NCBI GenBank assembly: GCA_964537905.1
Contig: CAZICU010000001.1
Span: 15,046 to 79,045, forward strand
Source of the DNA: an uncultured Gammaproteobacteria bacterium
Lineage (GTDB): Bacteria; Patescibacteriota; Microgenomatia; UBA12405
Reading direction: 5' to 3'
DNA length: 64,000 bases
Shown: positions 8,872 through 19,414 of the stretch, piece by piece
Layout: every line of letters begins with the position of its first letter
How positions within the stretch are numbered: position 1 is the stretch's first letter
Position numbers and translations under genes: made by a program
Notes under the pieces: model-generated
Database searches by the model: none
The model's input: only the letters and a program-made list of their open reading frames with translations
Told to the model about the DNA's origin: nothing

Positions 8872-10878
8872 TTACGGTTTCTTCCACCCCGCCCACTTAC
8901 AAATCGGATAATTAGAACAACCATAAAATTTTCTCCCCGTTTTAGTTTTTCTGACTACTCCCTCAGCCCCACATTCTGGACATTTAAATCCCGCATTTTC
9001 TTGGTATTGGCGACTATATTTACAATCTGGAAATCGATTACACGATACAAATTTACCAAATCGACCCAATCTAATTACCAAATCTCCTTCTTTACACTCC
9101 GGACACTTTTCTCCTAATTTTTCTGTTTCTACTTTTACTCTTTCTCCATCTTTATTAGCTTTTTTAACTTCTTTTTCAAAATCTTTCCAAAATTTTTTCA
9201 TCATTTCTTTCCAATTCAATTTATTCAAAGCAATTTTATCCAAAGAGGTTTCCATTTCCGCTGTAAATGGCAATGATAAAATATCTTCAAAATTTTTCAC
9301 TAAAAATTCATTGGTTGCTTTTCCTAAAACTGTTGGTTTAAATTTTCCCTCATCTCTTTCAACATACTGACGCATAATAATTGTGGAAATAATTGGAGCG
9401 TAAGTACTAGGTCGACCAATCCCTTGTTTTTCCAAAGACGATACTAAACTAGCATCACTATATCGAGGCATCGACATCGTTTCATTATTTTCATAACCAA
9501 TTTTTTTAGCTATTATTTTTTCTCCCTCATTCAATTCTGGTAAAATTTGATCCTCATGTTTTTCTCCACTAATTTTCAAAAAACCATCGAACAACATTCT
9601 TACTCCTTTTGATTGAAAAATAGCATTATTTACAGAAAAATTAATTGTCGTATTTTTCATCTTTGCCGCCGCTCCCTGAGTCGCCACCGCCCTTTTCCAT
9701 ATTATATCGTACAATTTAATCTCTCTTGAGTCAGCTCCTTCAATGTTACGAATTGATACATTTGTTGGTCTAATCGCTTCATGTGCTTCTTGGGCGTTTT
9801 TACTATTATTTTTATAAACTCTTATTTTCTCTGATAAATATTTTTTTCCTAATTCTTTTTCAATAAATTTTCTAAATTCTCCAATCGCTTTTTCTGATAA
9901 ATAAACTGAATCAGTTCTATGGTAACTAATTAAACCCTTTTCATAAAGTTGCTGAGCCACACTCATCGTTTGTTTACCCGACCATCCCATTCGTCGTGCC
10001 GCCGCTTGTTGTAGTTTTGATGTCGTAAATGCTGGTAATGGTGTTTTTAATATTTCTTTACCTGTTACACTTTCTACTAAAAATTCTTTCTTTAAACCGT
10101 CAACAAATTTTTTAACTTCTTCTTCAGTTTTAAAAACAGATTTAGAATAGGTATAATCACCATCAAATAATTTCAATTTAGTACTAATAAAAACATTTTT
10201 ACCATCAACTTTAATTAAATCGGCTCGAAAAGTTTCTTTTTTATTTAAATCTGACCAAACAGTATAAAATTTTTCTTTCTTAAAATTTTCAATTTCTTTC
10301 TCTCTTTCACAAATTAATCTTACCGCCACTGATTGAACTCTCCCTCCAGACAAACCTCGTCTGACTTTTTTCCATAAAATCGGTGATAAACTATATCCCA
10401 CTACCCTATCCAAAACTCGTCGAGCTTGTTGAGCATTAACCAAATCCATATCAATCTCCCGAGCATTTTTTAAAGCTTCCTCGACTGCTTCTTTAGTAAT
10501 TTCATGAAAAGTAATTCTAGTAATTCTTTCAGAAATTCGATTATTTGATTTTGTTTGTTTCTTGGATTTTGGTGATTGGTTATTTTCTAATATCCAACGA
10601 ACATGCCAAGAAATAGCCTCTCCTTCACGATCAGGATCAGACGCCAACAATATCATTTCTGCTTCTTTTGCTGATTTAATTAATTCATCAACTACCTTTT
10701 TTTTCTTTGAATCAATTTGATATTCAATTTCAAAATTTTTAGCCAAATCTACCGCCATTTTATTCTTAGGTAAATCTCGTATATGACCCACTGTTGCCAC
10801 CACTTTAAAATCTTTTCCCAAATATCTTCCAATAGTTTTTGCTTTTGTCGGTGACTCAACTATTAATAATTTTTTCAT
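8872..10878 (-). CDS. topA: DNA topoisomerase I
   Basis: IVESPTKAKTI, DPDREGE, GRVQS, SYHRTDS, AHEAIRPT, C-terminal Zn ribbons. Confidence 0.97.
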   Translation of the reverse strand: MKKLLIVESPTKAKTIGRYLGKDFKVVATVGHIRDLPKNKMAVDLAKNFEIEYQIDSKKKKVVDELIKSAKEAEMILLASDPDREGEAISWHVRWILENNQSPKSKKQTKSNNRISERITRITFHEITKEAVEEALKNAREIDMDLVNAQQARRVLDRVVGYSLSPILWKKVRRGLSGGRVQSVAVRLICEREKEIENFKKEKFYTVWSDLNKKETFRADLIKVDGKNVFISTKLKLFDGDYTYSKSVFKTEEEVKKFVDGLKKEFLVESVTGKEILKTPLPAFTTSKLQQAAARRMGWSGKQTMSVAQQLYEKGLISYHRTDSVYLSEKAIGEFRKFIEKELGKKYLSEKIRVYKNNSKNAQEAHEAIRPTNVSIRNIEGADSREIKLYDIIWKRAVATQGAAAKMKNTTINFSVNNAIFQSKGVRMLFDGFLKISGEKHEDQILPELNEGEKIIAKKIGYENNETMSMPRYSDASLVSSLEKQGIGRPSTYAPIISTIIMRQYVERDEGKFKPTVLGKATNEFLVKNFEDILSLPFTAEMETSLDKIALNKLNWKEMMKKFWKDFEKEVKKANKDGERVKVETEKLGEKCPECKEGDLVIRLGRFGKFVSCNRFPDCKYSRQYQENAGFKCPECGAEGVVRKTKTGRKFYGCSNYPICKWAGWKKP

Positions 10879-10973
10879 TTTAATTTTTACTTTATAACTT
10901 GATAACTTTCTACTTTCTACTTTTTAAACTAAGTTTCATTGTTATCTATAATACTCTCTCTGTCAACTACAAA

Positions 10974-11270
10974 TCATTCATCAATATTTCTTCTTCGATT
11001 TGAAACAATTACCTTTTCTTCTTCAGATACTCTTAAAACCATCTGTTTAATATCCATTGTTAAAATTCTTTTAAAAGTTGCTTCTTCTGGTTCAGAATAA
11101 TTTATTCCAGAAAAACCTTTACATTCTTCACCTTTTCCATCGTACACTTCAAGAGAATATTGACCTTTACGTTTATCATCAAAATCTACCGCTTTTCTTA
11201 ATTCCTTTTTAGTCTCTAAATATTCTTTAATTCCATCTATAATCATCCCTGCAGATTCTATAAATCTCAT
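10974..11270 (-). CDS. Hypothetical protein
   Basis: 98-aa ORF filling the gap between PBP2 and topA. Confidence 0.6.
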   Translation of the reverse strand: MRFIESAGMIIDGIKEYLETKKELRKAVDFDDKRKGQYSLEVYDGKGEECKGFSGINYSEPEEATFKRILTMDIKQMVLRVSEEEKVIVSNRRRNIDE

Positions 11271-11301
11271 ATAAAAAATAATATCACTTTTGTTAAATTA
11301 T

Positions 11302-12936
11302 TTATTCTGACATTTCTTTTGTCTCTTTGTGTCTTGGTACTACTGTCTCTGGTTCATTAAACCATTCTTTTAAAATATCTCCCACAATTGGCGCCGCTAT
11401 ATCCGATCCTTCACCCCCTTTTTCTACCATCACTGTAATTGAAATTTGAGGATTATCGGCTGGAGCAAAAGCTGTTAACCAAGCGTGAGCATCTTTACTT
11501 CCATCTCCCACTTCAGCTGTCCCCGTTTTACAAGCAATTTCAGTTTTAAAATTAAAAAGTGGCCAAGCTGTACCTCCAGTTTTACAAGCTTGTTTCATTC
11601 CTTCTATTATTGTTATCCAATTAGTTTCTTTAATTCCAATATTTTGACACTCACTTTTTGTCTCTTTCAAAATACTCATTTGACACTTATTCCCTTTATT
11701 AGCAATAATATTGGTCATTTGATTAACTTGCAAAGGAGTCACGTCTAAATCACCCTGACCAATAGACAAATGATAAGTATTACCCAAATACCAAGGTTCA
11801 CCTTTTACTTTTCTTTTCCAATCATCGTCAGGTACCACTCCTTCTACTTCTCCAGAAATTTCCACTCCCGTTTTTGTTCCAAAACCATATTTTATTGCCC
11901 ATTCTTTTATATTATCTACCCCCAACATTTCTCCTAATTTATAGAAAAAAATATCATTCGATCTTTTTATTGCTTTTGTTATATCAACCATTCCATCAGA
12001 TTTTCCACTCCAAGTCTTATAACTATAATCTCCAACTTTTAAAACTCCCACATCTTCTATTAAAGTCTCTTTATTAATTAATCCTGTTTCCAAACCAGCA
12101 GTTGCTGTCACAATTTTAAATACTGATCCAGGATGATATCTGGCTGAAATTGCTCGATTTAACAAAGGTAAATTATCTTTATCGTTTAAATACATAGAAA
12201 TATCTTTATTATTTTGTTCCGAAAAAGAATTTGGATTAAATGCCGGACTAGAAACTAAAGCAATTATTTTACCCGTACTTGGTTCACTCATTATTACCAC
12301 CGCTTTTTTACCTCCCAAAAGTTTATAAATTTTATCTTGCCAATAAGCATCAACCGATAATGCCAACGAGGGTTTTATTTCTGGCTCTTCTCGCCCTAAT
12401 TCCCTAATATAATTACCCAATGCATCAACTTCTATTATTCTTTTTCCATTATTTCCCCTAATATCACAATCCAAAAAATTTTCAATTCCCCCTCGGCCAA
12501 CCAAATCATTTCTATAAAATTTATTTCCACATCTATTATCTTTAATATCTTTATCTGATACTTTTCCCACATAACCAGTCAACATCGACATTGATTCTCC
12601 ATATGGATATTCTCTATTTATTTCATAAGCCAAATCTTTACCTTCAAATTGATATCCATCAAAATCACCACTTTTTTGATAAATTTTTGTTTCATTGTCA
12701 ATTTTAAAATACTGATAAATTGTTTGAGCCACTGTTCTTCCTTTTCGATCGACTATTTCTCGCCGTGGAGCTGGAATTACCGTTTCTAATACTTTATTAT
12801 TTCGTGCCACTTGACTGTAATATTTACCTTTAATCAAATTTAATCTCAAAATTGCTACCGTTAAAATTAACAAGCTTAAAATTAATCCAAATTTTAATAT
12901 CCAAAATTTCCAAAAATAAACCACCTCATCTTTCAT
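11302..12936 (-). CDS. mrdA: Penicillin-binding protein 2 (class B)
   Basis: PGSVFK, SND, KTGTAE motifs; N-terminal TM; follows mreB. Confidence 0.9.
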   Translation of the reverse strand: MKDEVVYFWKFWILKFGLILSLLILTVAILRLNLIKGKYYSQVARNNKVLETVIPAPRREIVDRKGRTVAQTIYQYFKIDNETKIYQKSGDFDGYQFEGKDLAYEINREYPYGESMSMLTGYVGKVSDKDIKDNRCGNKFYRNDLVGRGGIENFLDCDIRGNNGKRIIEVDALGNYIRELGREEPEIKPSLALSVDAYWQDKIYKLLGGKKAVVIMSEPSTGKIIALVSSPAFNPNSFSEQNNKDISMYLNDKDNLPLLNRAISARYHPGSVFKIVTATAGLETGLINKETLIEDVGVLKVGDYSYKTWSGKSDGMVDITKAIKRSNDIFFYKLGEMLGVDNIKEWAIKYGFGTKTGVEISGEVEGVVPDDDWKRKVKGEPWYLGNTYHLSIGQGDLDVTPLQVNQMTNIIANKGNKCQMSILKETKSECQNIGIKETNWITIIEGMKQACKTGGTAWPLFNFKTEIACKTGTAEVGDGSKDAHAWLTAFAPADNPQISITVMVEKGGEGSDIAAPIVGDILKEWFNEPETVVPRHKETKEMSE

Positions 12937-12940
12937 ATAT

Positions 12941-14020
12941 TTATAAAGTTATTAACTTTACCTGATTTAAAAGTGAATTATCTTCAATCAATCTACCACA
13001 ACCTCTAATCACTGACATTCCTGAATCGTCACCCAAAATTGTACATATTTTAGTTTCTCCTTCTATTATTTCTTTTAAATTAGCCACTTTTGCTCCTTCA
13101 CCCACTAGTATAATTCCTTTTTTAACTATATCTTCCATTAATTCTGGTGGAGTTTCATCTAAAACTAACTTAACCAATTTTGCAATTTTACTTAACTCAA
13201 AACTAATAGCTTCCAATATTTCCGATTTTGTCAATTTAATCTCACCCGGAAGACCAGTTTCCAAACTCCTACCTCTTATTAAGCCATCATTTTTAAAATT
13301 TATTTTTACTTTTTCTGCACTATTTTGACCTACTAATAGGCCATATTTCATTCTCACATAATTAATTATCGCTGTATCCAATTCATCTCCCGCCACTTTT
13401 ATTCCCTTACCTATTACCACTCCCCCCATTGATACCACACTAACTTCAGTTTTACCTCCACCCACATCCACTATTACCGATCCAGATTGAGTTTCTAGTG
13501 ATAAATTTAAACCCAATGCCGCTAATAAAACTTCTTCTATTAAAATTACTTCACCGGCTCCAGAAGCAATTAAAACCGACTTTATAGCTCTTTTTTGGAC
13601 CTGATTAATAAAACTTGGTATTCCAACTATAACTCTTGGTTTAAAAATTTTGGGATATTTTGAAGGAACTTCATAAACCAATTTAAAATAATAGCTCATT
13701 AAACTTTCCAAAGCTTCCAAATCAGCAATTATGCCATTTTTAATTGGACTGACTACTTCTATCTGTTTTGGTTCTCGATTCCACATCATTTTAGCTTTTA
13801 ATCCATAAGCTATCGGTCTAGTTAAATTTTCTTTTGGAGCTGATAATCCAGTCCATCTTTTTCTTTTCCTTCTCGCCAACATGGTTGGCTCATCAATCAC
13901 TACCCCTCTATCTTTAAGATAAATTAAAGTGTTACTACTTCCCAAATCAATTCCAATATCCCAACTCAAAGACATAAACAAATTCTTTAATAAACTAATT
14001 TCTTTTTTAAAAAGCTTCAC
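12941..14020 (-). CDS. mreB: Rod shape-determining protein MreB
   Basis: IGIDLGSSNT, VDVGGGKTE, DETPPEL; probable GTG start at 14020, 7 nt after TATAAT. Confidence 0.9.
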   Translation of the reverse strand: MKLFKKEISLLKNLFMSLSWDIGIDLGSSNTLIYLKDRGVVIDEPTMLARRKRKRWTGLSAPKENLTRPIAYGLKAKMMWNREPKQIEVVSPIKNGIIADLEALESLMSYYFKLVYEVPSKYPKIFKPRVIVGIPSFINQVQKRAIKSVLIASGAGEVILIEEVLLAALGLNLSLETQSGSVIVDVGGGKTEVSVVSMGGVVIGKGIKVAGDELDTAIINYVRMKYGLLVGQNSAEKVKINFKNDGLIRGRSLETGLPGEIKLTKSEILEAISFELSKIAKLVKLVLDETPPELMEDIVKKGIILVGEGAKVANLKEIIEGETKICTILGDDSGMSVIRGCGRLIEDNSLLNQVKLITL

Positions 14021-14073
14021 TTTAAAATTATAACAATTTATCGTCACTCAAATTCAGTTACAATAAATTAATC

Positions 14074-16032
14074 ATGAAATTATTAAATCAATCAATTAAA
14101 GTTCTTTTTGCTTGCCTTTTTTTAATTACTCCTTTAATTTTGTGTTTTTCTAATTCCGAACTTTTTGAAATCCCCAAAATGCATTTCATTTATTTAATCA
14201 CCATACTAACCACTACTCTTCATCTAATAAATTGGTCTTTAGGTCAAATTAAACTTTTTCATAAAAATAAATTAAATTGGTTTTTAATTATTTTTCTCAT
14301 TTCCCAAATAATTTGCACTATCACTTCAATTGATATTTATACTTCTCTTCATGGTTATTATTCTCGTCTCAATGGTGGTTTATTTTCTCTTATTGCCTTC
14401 AGTAGTATTTTTTTAATTCTCCCCCTTTATCTAAACGATAAATTCAAAAATACTCTTATCAATTTAATTCTTTTATCAGGTTTTTTTGTGGCTATTTTTG
14501 GTATTTTAGAACATTTTGGTATTGATAAAAATTTTTGGGTTCAAGATGTTCAATCTAGAGTTTTTTCTACTCTTGGTCAACCCAATTGGCTAGCCGCTTA
14601 TCTTTGTCTCCTCCTTCCTTTTTCTATTTATAAATTTCAAAATTCTATAAATAAATTTTCTGCTACTAGCTATTTACTACTTACTACTATCTATTATCTA
14701 ACTCTTCTCTTTACCAAATCCAAATCTGGTATTCTGGCCGCCGTTATTTCTTTAACAATATTTTTCATTTTTACTTTTTTTCAAAAAAAATCTCTCAAAA
14801 AATCATTAATTATTAATTATTCATTATTAATTGTTTTATCTCTATTAATTTCTAATCCTATCAAAGATTTCCTCTTCCCTCATAAATTAGACATTAGAAA
14901 TTCGACATTAGAAATTAATAATTTAAACGTTACTTCCAGTGGTAATATTCGCAAAATTGTTTGGCTTGGCAGTTGGGAATTATTTAAAAAATTTCCCTTA
15001 GTTGGCACTGGAGTCGAAACATTTGCTTATTCTTATTATTGGACTAGACCCATAGAACACAATCTCACTTCAGAATGGGATTTTCTTTATAACAAGGCTC
15101 ACAACGAGTATTTAAATTATTTAGCTACTACCGGTCTGGTCGGCACCATTCCTTATTTACTTTTTATTTTGGCGGTATTGATTGTTCTAATTAAAAAGAT
15201 ACTAAATACCAAATACTTAATACTCGATATTGCTATTTTATGTTCATTTATCAGTATTTTAATTACTAATACTGCCGGTTTTTCTATTTCCATTGTCTCT
15301 TTGTTTTTCTTTACTTTACCTCTATTTAGTTTTAAATATCAGGAAGATCAATCACATTTTAAAACTAAAAAAATTCTCATTCCCCTAGTTTTATTTTTTT
15401 CATTTTATAGTCTCAATCAACTTATTCGTTCTTATTTTGCTGATGTTTATTTTTCCAAATCACAAACCAAAGACAATCACCAAGACTATGAAACTGCTTA
15501 TCAATTAATCTCTCAAACTAATCAACTTAAACCAAAAGAACCTAATTATTATATCCATCTTGGTTTATTATCAGCAAAAATGGCCCTTCTTACCAACGAT
15601 CAAAAGTATATTGATCAAGCTATCAAATATGCTGATTTATCAGTTACCTCATCTCCAGCCAATATAAATTTTTGGAAACTTCGATCTCAAGTTTATTATT
15701 ATCTTTCTAGTCTTGATCAAAAATATTTTACTAAAACCATTGAATCTATGTTGCAAGCTTCAAAATTTGCCCCAACTGATGCCAAAATTTATTTTAATCT
15801 AGGTCAATTTTTAGAAACTGCTTCATTCATCGATGAAGCTATTATTTACTATCAACAAGCTATCGATGTTAAATCAAATTATGATCATGCTTATTTTGCT
15901 CTCGGTCAAATTTATTTTGATCAAAAAAAATATGATCTTGCCAAAACCAATTTAGAACAAACCCTCAAATACGCCCCCACCAACACCGCCGCCCAAAAAC
16001 TCCTCGACAAAATCAAAAAGCTGAAAAACTGA
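14074..16032 (+). CDS. O-antigen ligase family membrane protein with C-terminal TPRs
   Basis: RVFSTLGQPNWLAAYL, TKSKSG, GTGVETF, KAHNEYL; TPR tail. Confidence 0.85.
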   Translation: MKLLNQSIKVLFACLFLITPLILCFSNSELFEIPKMHFIYLITILTTTLHLINWSLGQIKLFHKNKLNWFLIIFLISQIICTITSIDIYTSLHGYYSRLNGGLFSLIAFSSIFLILPLYLNDKFKNTLINLILLSGFFVAIFGILEHFGIDKNFWVQDVQSRVFSTLGQPNWLAAYLCLLLPFSIYKFQNSINKFSATSYLLLTTIYYLTLLFTKSKSGILAAVISLTIFFIFTFFQKKSLKKSLIINYSLLIVLSLLISNPIKDFLFPHKLDIRNSTLEINNLNVTSSGNIRKIVWLGSWELFKKFPLVGTGVETFAYSYYWTRPIEHNLTSEWDFLYNKAHNEYLNYLATTGLVGTIPYLLFILAVLIVLIKKILNTKYLILDIAILCSFISILITNTAGFSISIVSLFFFTLPLFSFKYQEDQSHFKTKKILIPLVLFFSFYSLNQLIRSYFADVYFSKSQTKDNHQDYETAYQLISQTNQLKPKEPNYYIHLGLLSAKMALLTNDQKYIDQAIKYADLSVTSSPANINFWKLRSQVYYYLSSLDQKYFTKTIESMLQASKFAPTDAKIYFNLGQFLETASFIDEAIIYYQQAIDVKSNYDHAYFALGQIYFDQKKYDLAKTNLEQTLKYAPTNTAAQKLLDKIKKLKN

Positions 16033-16040
16033 TAGGCTGA

Positions 16041-16610
16041 CTAACTGAATATCTTAATATCTGCTTTCATCATTTCTTTCCCATTCCATTTATAAAATTT
16101 TCCACCCTCTTTTTTAATATAATCCACAAACAATCTTCCTTTCAAATGATCACTTTCATGTTGCCAAACAATTGCCTCAAAACCCTCTAATCCTTTTTTC
16201 TTTAAAATAAACTTTTTCCCAATTAATTCTTGCCATTCAACTTCTATTTTTAACCATCTTTTAACTGTTCCAAAATAATTTGGAAACGACAAACATCCCT
16301 CCAAAAAATCTTCCTTGGCCGACGTAGCGCCAGCGTAGGCGGCTTCTTTTTCTATCAATGGATAAACTCTTTCTCCCCAAGTTTTTATTAATTTTGGATT
16401 AAAATAAACTTTTACTTCTCCGTTTATTTTCATTCCAAAAAAATTTTTTGACACCCCAATTTGCGGCGCCGCCAAACCAGCCGCATTTTCCCCTTCTGCC
16501 AAAAGTTTTTTTAATTCCTCAATTTCTTTAGCAGTGGTCTGATCAATTTCAATTACATCACTAACTTTTTGACGTAAAACATCGTTAGGATAAAGAATAA
16601 TTTTTATCAT
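16041..16610 (-). CDS. def: Peptide deformylase
   Basis: GLAAPQIG, EGCLS, QHESDHL. Confidence 0.95.
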   Translation of the reverse strand: MIKIILYPNDVLRQKVSDVIEIDQTTAKEIEELKKLLAEGENAAGLAAPQIGVSKNFFGMKINGEVKVYFNPKLIKTWGERVYPLIEKEAAYAGATSAKEDFLEGCLSFPNYFGTVKRWLKIEVEWQELIGKKFILKKKGLEGFEAIVWQHESDHLKGRLFVDYIKKEGGKFYKWNGKEMMKADIKIFS

Positions 16611-16683
16611 TAATGTATTTTATCAAATTTCCAAATGAGTACGGTATAATTTATTACTACTTCTCTACTAAAAATTAAATATT

Positions 16684-17556
16684 ATGATCAATACTATTTT
16701 CTTCGGTTCTTCCGAATACTCTGTCATTATTCTTAAAAAACTTCTCGAAATTAAAGATCTTCAAGTTTCTGCCGTTTTTAGTAAAACCGACAAACCTGTC
16801 GGTCGTCAACAAAAAATTATCCCTAATCCCGTCGCCACTTTTACTAAAACCAATAATCTACCTCTTTTTCAAATAGAAGAGTTCAGTCCTGAAGTTAAAT
16901 TAAAAATTAAAAATTTGCAACCAGACCTCGGCCTAGTTGTCGCCTTTGGTCCCCCTTATTTCGATCAACAAACCATCGATATTCCCAAATATAAAATTGT
17001 TAATATTCATCCTTCACCTTTACCCAAATACCGTGGTGCCACTCCCGGCCCTTGGCAAATTATCAATGGTGAAATTCAAAGCGCCGTCAGTTTTTTTCAA
17101 ATCGATGTTCTTCCCGATCATGGCCCCATTATCACTCAATTACCTTTTGAAATTTCCTCTACTGAAACTGCTACCAGTTTTTACACCAAAGCTTTCGATC
17201 TCGCCGCTCAAAATCTTACTATTATCCTTAAATCTTATATCTCAAATCCTGAATTATTAATACCTCAGGATCATTCTCAAAAAACTTATTTTCCCAAATT
17301 TGACAAAGATAAAGCCAAAATAAATTGGTCTTGGGATCAAGCTAAAATCGAACGTTTTATCAGGGCTTTAAACCCTTGGCCTATTGCTTGGACCTATGTC
17401 ACCAACCAAAAATGTCAACAATTAAAAATGAAAATCTTCAGTTCAACTTTTAACTTTAAACTTTCTACTTTAGACTTAAATCAAGTCCAAATCGAAGGTA
17501 AAAATATCACTTCTTGGTCTGAAATTTCCAAATACTATTCTATAAAAAAATCCTAA
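16684..17556 (+). CDS. fmt: Methionyl-tRNA formyltransferase
   Basis: NIHPSPLPKYRGATP, IRALNPWP; divergent from def. Confidence 0.93.
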   Translation: MINTIFFGSSEYSVIILKKLLEIKDLQVSAVFSKTDKPVGRQQKIIPNPVATFTKTNNLPLFQIEEFSPEVKLKIKNLQPDLGLVVAFGPPYFDQQTIDIPKYKIVNIHPSPLPKYRGATPGPWQIINGEIQSAVSFFQIDVLPDHGPIITQLPFEISSTETATSFYTKAFDLAAQNLTIILKSYISNPELLIPQDHSQKTYFPKFDKDKAKINWSWDQAKIERFIRALNPWPIAWTYVTNQKCQQLKMKIFSSTFNFKLSTLDLNQVQIEGKNITSWSEISKYYSIKKS

Positions 17557-17860
17557 CCTACGGTAAAATTAGTTTTTTATTTTTAGTTTAGACATTAAAT
17601 ATTAGATATTAGAAATTATTTTTTTACCCTATCTTTAGGTAATTTCAAATACCTGTTTTAAAATTTAATGGAAAAATTCATCATTAATCACATATCTTTT
17701 TTCTGCTAGCTTAGGCAATTTTGTAATTTTATATAAAAAATAATTATTAATTATTAATTTTTAATTTTTAATTAATGTCCCAATAATAGGCAATAAATAA
17801 TTTTAATTTATCAAAATTTTATTTATTTAAAATCGAATCATCCCCAAGGTTAGGCATTTC
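17551..17860. promoter_or_regulatory. Array of phased CCYA-N4-TAGG-like palindromic sites
   Basis: Right half-sites at 17560, 17636, 17712, 17787, 17851 (spacing 76, 76, 75, 64) upstream of TTGACA at ~17866. Confidence 0.5.
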
Positions 17861-17914
17861 ACTTTTTGACAAAATTTTAAAAACCTCTTTAATTATTATT
17901 AAGGAGGTAAAAAT

Positions 17915-18028
17915 ATGCCAGTCAAAAAGAAAGCTACTAAAAAAGTCGCCAAGAAAAAAGTTGTTAAGAAAAAAGCTGCTAAAAAAACAGCCAAGAAAAA
18001 AGTCGCCAAAAAAACCAAGAAAAAATAA
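17915..18028 (+). CDS. 37-aa Lys/Ala-rich histone H1-like peptide (missing from the ORF track)
   Basis: AAGGAGGT SD then MPVKKKATKKVAKKKVVKKKAAKKTAKKKVAKKTKKK; followed by a terminator. Confidence 0.85.
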   Translation: MPVKKKATKKVAKKKVVKKKAAKKTAKKKVAKKTKKK

Positions 18029-18044
18029 TAAACTTGGATTATTT

Positions 18045-18080
18045 AAAAAACGGTACTTTCAAAATAGAGTGCCGTTTTTT
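18045..18080. terminator. Bidirectional intrinsic terminator
   Basis: aaaaaacggtact...agtgccgtttttt between convergent genes. Confidence 0.75.
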
Positions 18081-18267
18081 ATTGCTTAGCCTCTTTTTTA
18101 AGCTTTTTCAAACACTTAGTACAAAAAACTCCGCTAATTTTATCCTCTCCCACCGACAAAGTAACTTTTTGAATGTTAGCTTTATAGGTTCTTGGAGTTC
18201 GATTTTGGGCATGTGATCTATTTCGACCAACTTTTGTCCCTTTGTTGCATAAACTACATGTTCTCAT
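18079..18267 (-). CDS. rpmB: 50S ribosomal protein L28
   Basis: MRTCSLCNKGTKVGRNRSHAQNRTPRTYKANIQ...CTKCLK; true start at 18267. Confidence 0.93.
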   Translation of the reverse strand: MRTCSLCNKGTKVGRNRSHAQNRTPRTYKANIQKVTLSVGEDKISGVFCTKCLKKLKKEAKQ

Positions 18268-18306
18268 AGTAAGGTATAATATCACAATCATTCTTTTTTT
18301 TGGAAT

Positions 18307-18942
18307 ATGGAAAGTTTTATTTTTAAAATTATCTCTTTTATCTGTCTCATCATTGCTATTACTATCCACGAATTTTTCCATGCTCTAGCTGCTGACCATA
18401 TGGGTGATCCTACTCCCCGATCTCACGGTCGCCTTACTCTAAATCCATTAGCTCACGCCGATCCTATTGGTACATTTTTTCTACCTTTGATTAATCTGAT
18501 GACTGGTTTACCTACCATCGGTTGGGCCAAACCAGTTCCTATTGATCCATTTAATTTTCGTCATCCCAAAAAAGATGAGATTATAGTTTCTTTGGCTGGT
18601 CCAGTTAGTAATCTTTTTCTCGCCATTATTGCTTCTCTTTGTTTCCGATTTATTCCTTTATCTCAAATTTTTTATATCTTTTTTTATTCACTTACTCTCA
18701 TCAATGTTTCTCTTTTCATTTTTAATCTAATTCCCATCCCTCCACTTGACGGTTCTCACCTTCTTCTCAATCTACTTCCAGAAAAATCACGAATCCAATG
18801 GCAAGAAATATTTGACCGATATGGTTTTTTACTAATTATAGTTCTGGTCTTTTTCCCTGTTTTTAATGGTCAAAGTCTAATCAGTCTAATTATGATTCCC
18901 GCCATTAAGTTTCTTCTTAGTTTACTTTTACCAATTCTTTAA
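18307..18942 (+). CDS. Site-2 protease family (M50) protein
   Basis: HEFFH, GDPTPR, GWAKPVP, SLAGP, FNLIPIPPLDGS. Confidence 0.92.
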   Translation: MESFIFKIISFICLIIAITIHEFFHALAADHMGDPTPRSHGRLTLNPLAHADPIGTFFLPLINLMTGLPTIGWAKPVPIDPFNFRHPKKDEIIVSLAGPVSNLFLAIIASLCFRFIPLSQIFYIFFYSLTLINVSLFIFNLIPIPPLDGSHLLLNLLPEKSRIQWQEIFDRYGFLLIIVLVFFPVFNGQSLISLIMIPAIKFLLSLLLPIL

Positions 18943-19144
18943 GATTCTTTATCATTTTTTCAATATCTTTATTATTCATTCCGTGAACTATTGCTCCTTC
19001 TTCCAATGTTTCCCTTCCTGCCGCCATGCACCCAATACAATGAAATCCATATTCTTCCATCAAAACATTGCCTAATTCTGGGTAATTTTCTATCAAATCC
19101 TCAATCATCATTTTTTTATTTATTTCCATTTTTTGTTTTTTCAT
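18917..19144 (-). CDS. DUF1858-like small protein
   Basis: YGFHCIGCMAAGRETLEEGAIVHG. Confidence 0.8.
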   Translation of the reverse strand: MKKQKMEINKKMMIEDLIENYPELGNVLMEEYGFHCIGCMAAGRETLEEGAIVHGMNNKDIEKMIKNLKELVKVN

Positions 19145-19258
19145 AAAGCAATTATACTCCAATAAAATTATTAAAAATTAACGCATTTCCACCGCAAAAA
19201 ACAAAAAATCTAAAAACTGATAGACTGACAAACAATTTCATTGTTGTTAAACTTAATC

Positions 19259-19414
19259 GTCCTACCTCAAGCATCCACTTTAAGAAGGTGTTTTTTCTAG
19301 CTAAACTTCTTAAAAGGAGAACTTGTGCCTGACTAGACTTGTTCTTGCCAGACCAGTTTTCCCCACGTTTTTATAGCGTGGAAAAGCCACTATTGAAGTC
19401 GCTTTGGGTGGGAC
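19259..19414 (+). ncRNA. Candidate structured ncRNA (6S-like or unknown)
   Basis: CTGACA-17-(TG)TAAACT promoter; terminal stem gtcctacctcaagc/gctttgggtgggac; internal hairpins; no ORF. Confidence 0.6.

Noticed and set aside
18268-18381. N-terminal extension of L28 in the ORF track
   Set aside because: Overlaps the divergent M50 gene; L28 homology starts at ATG 18267
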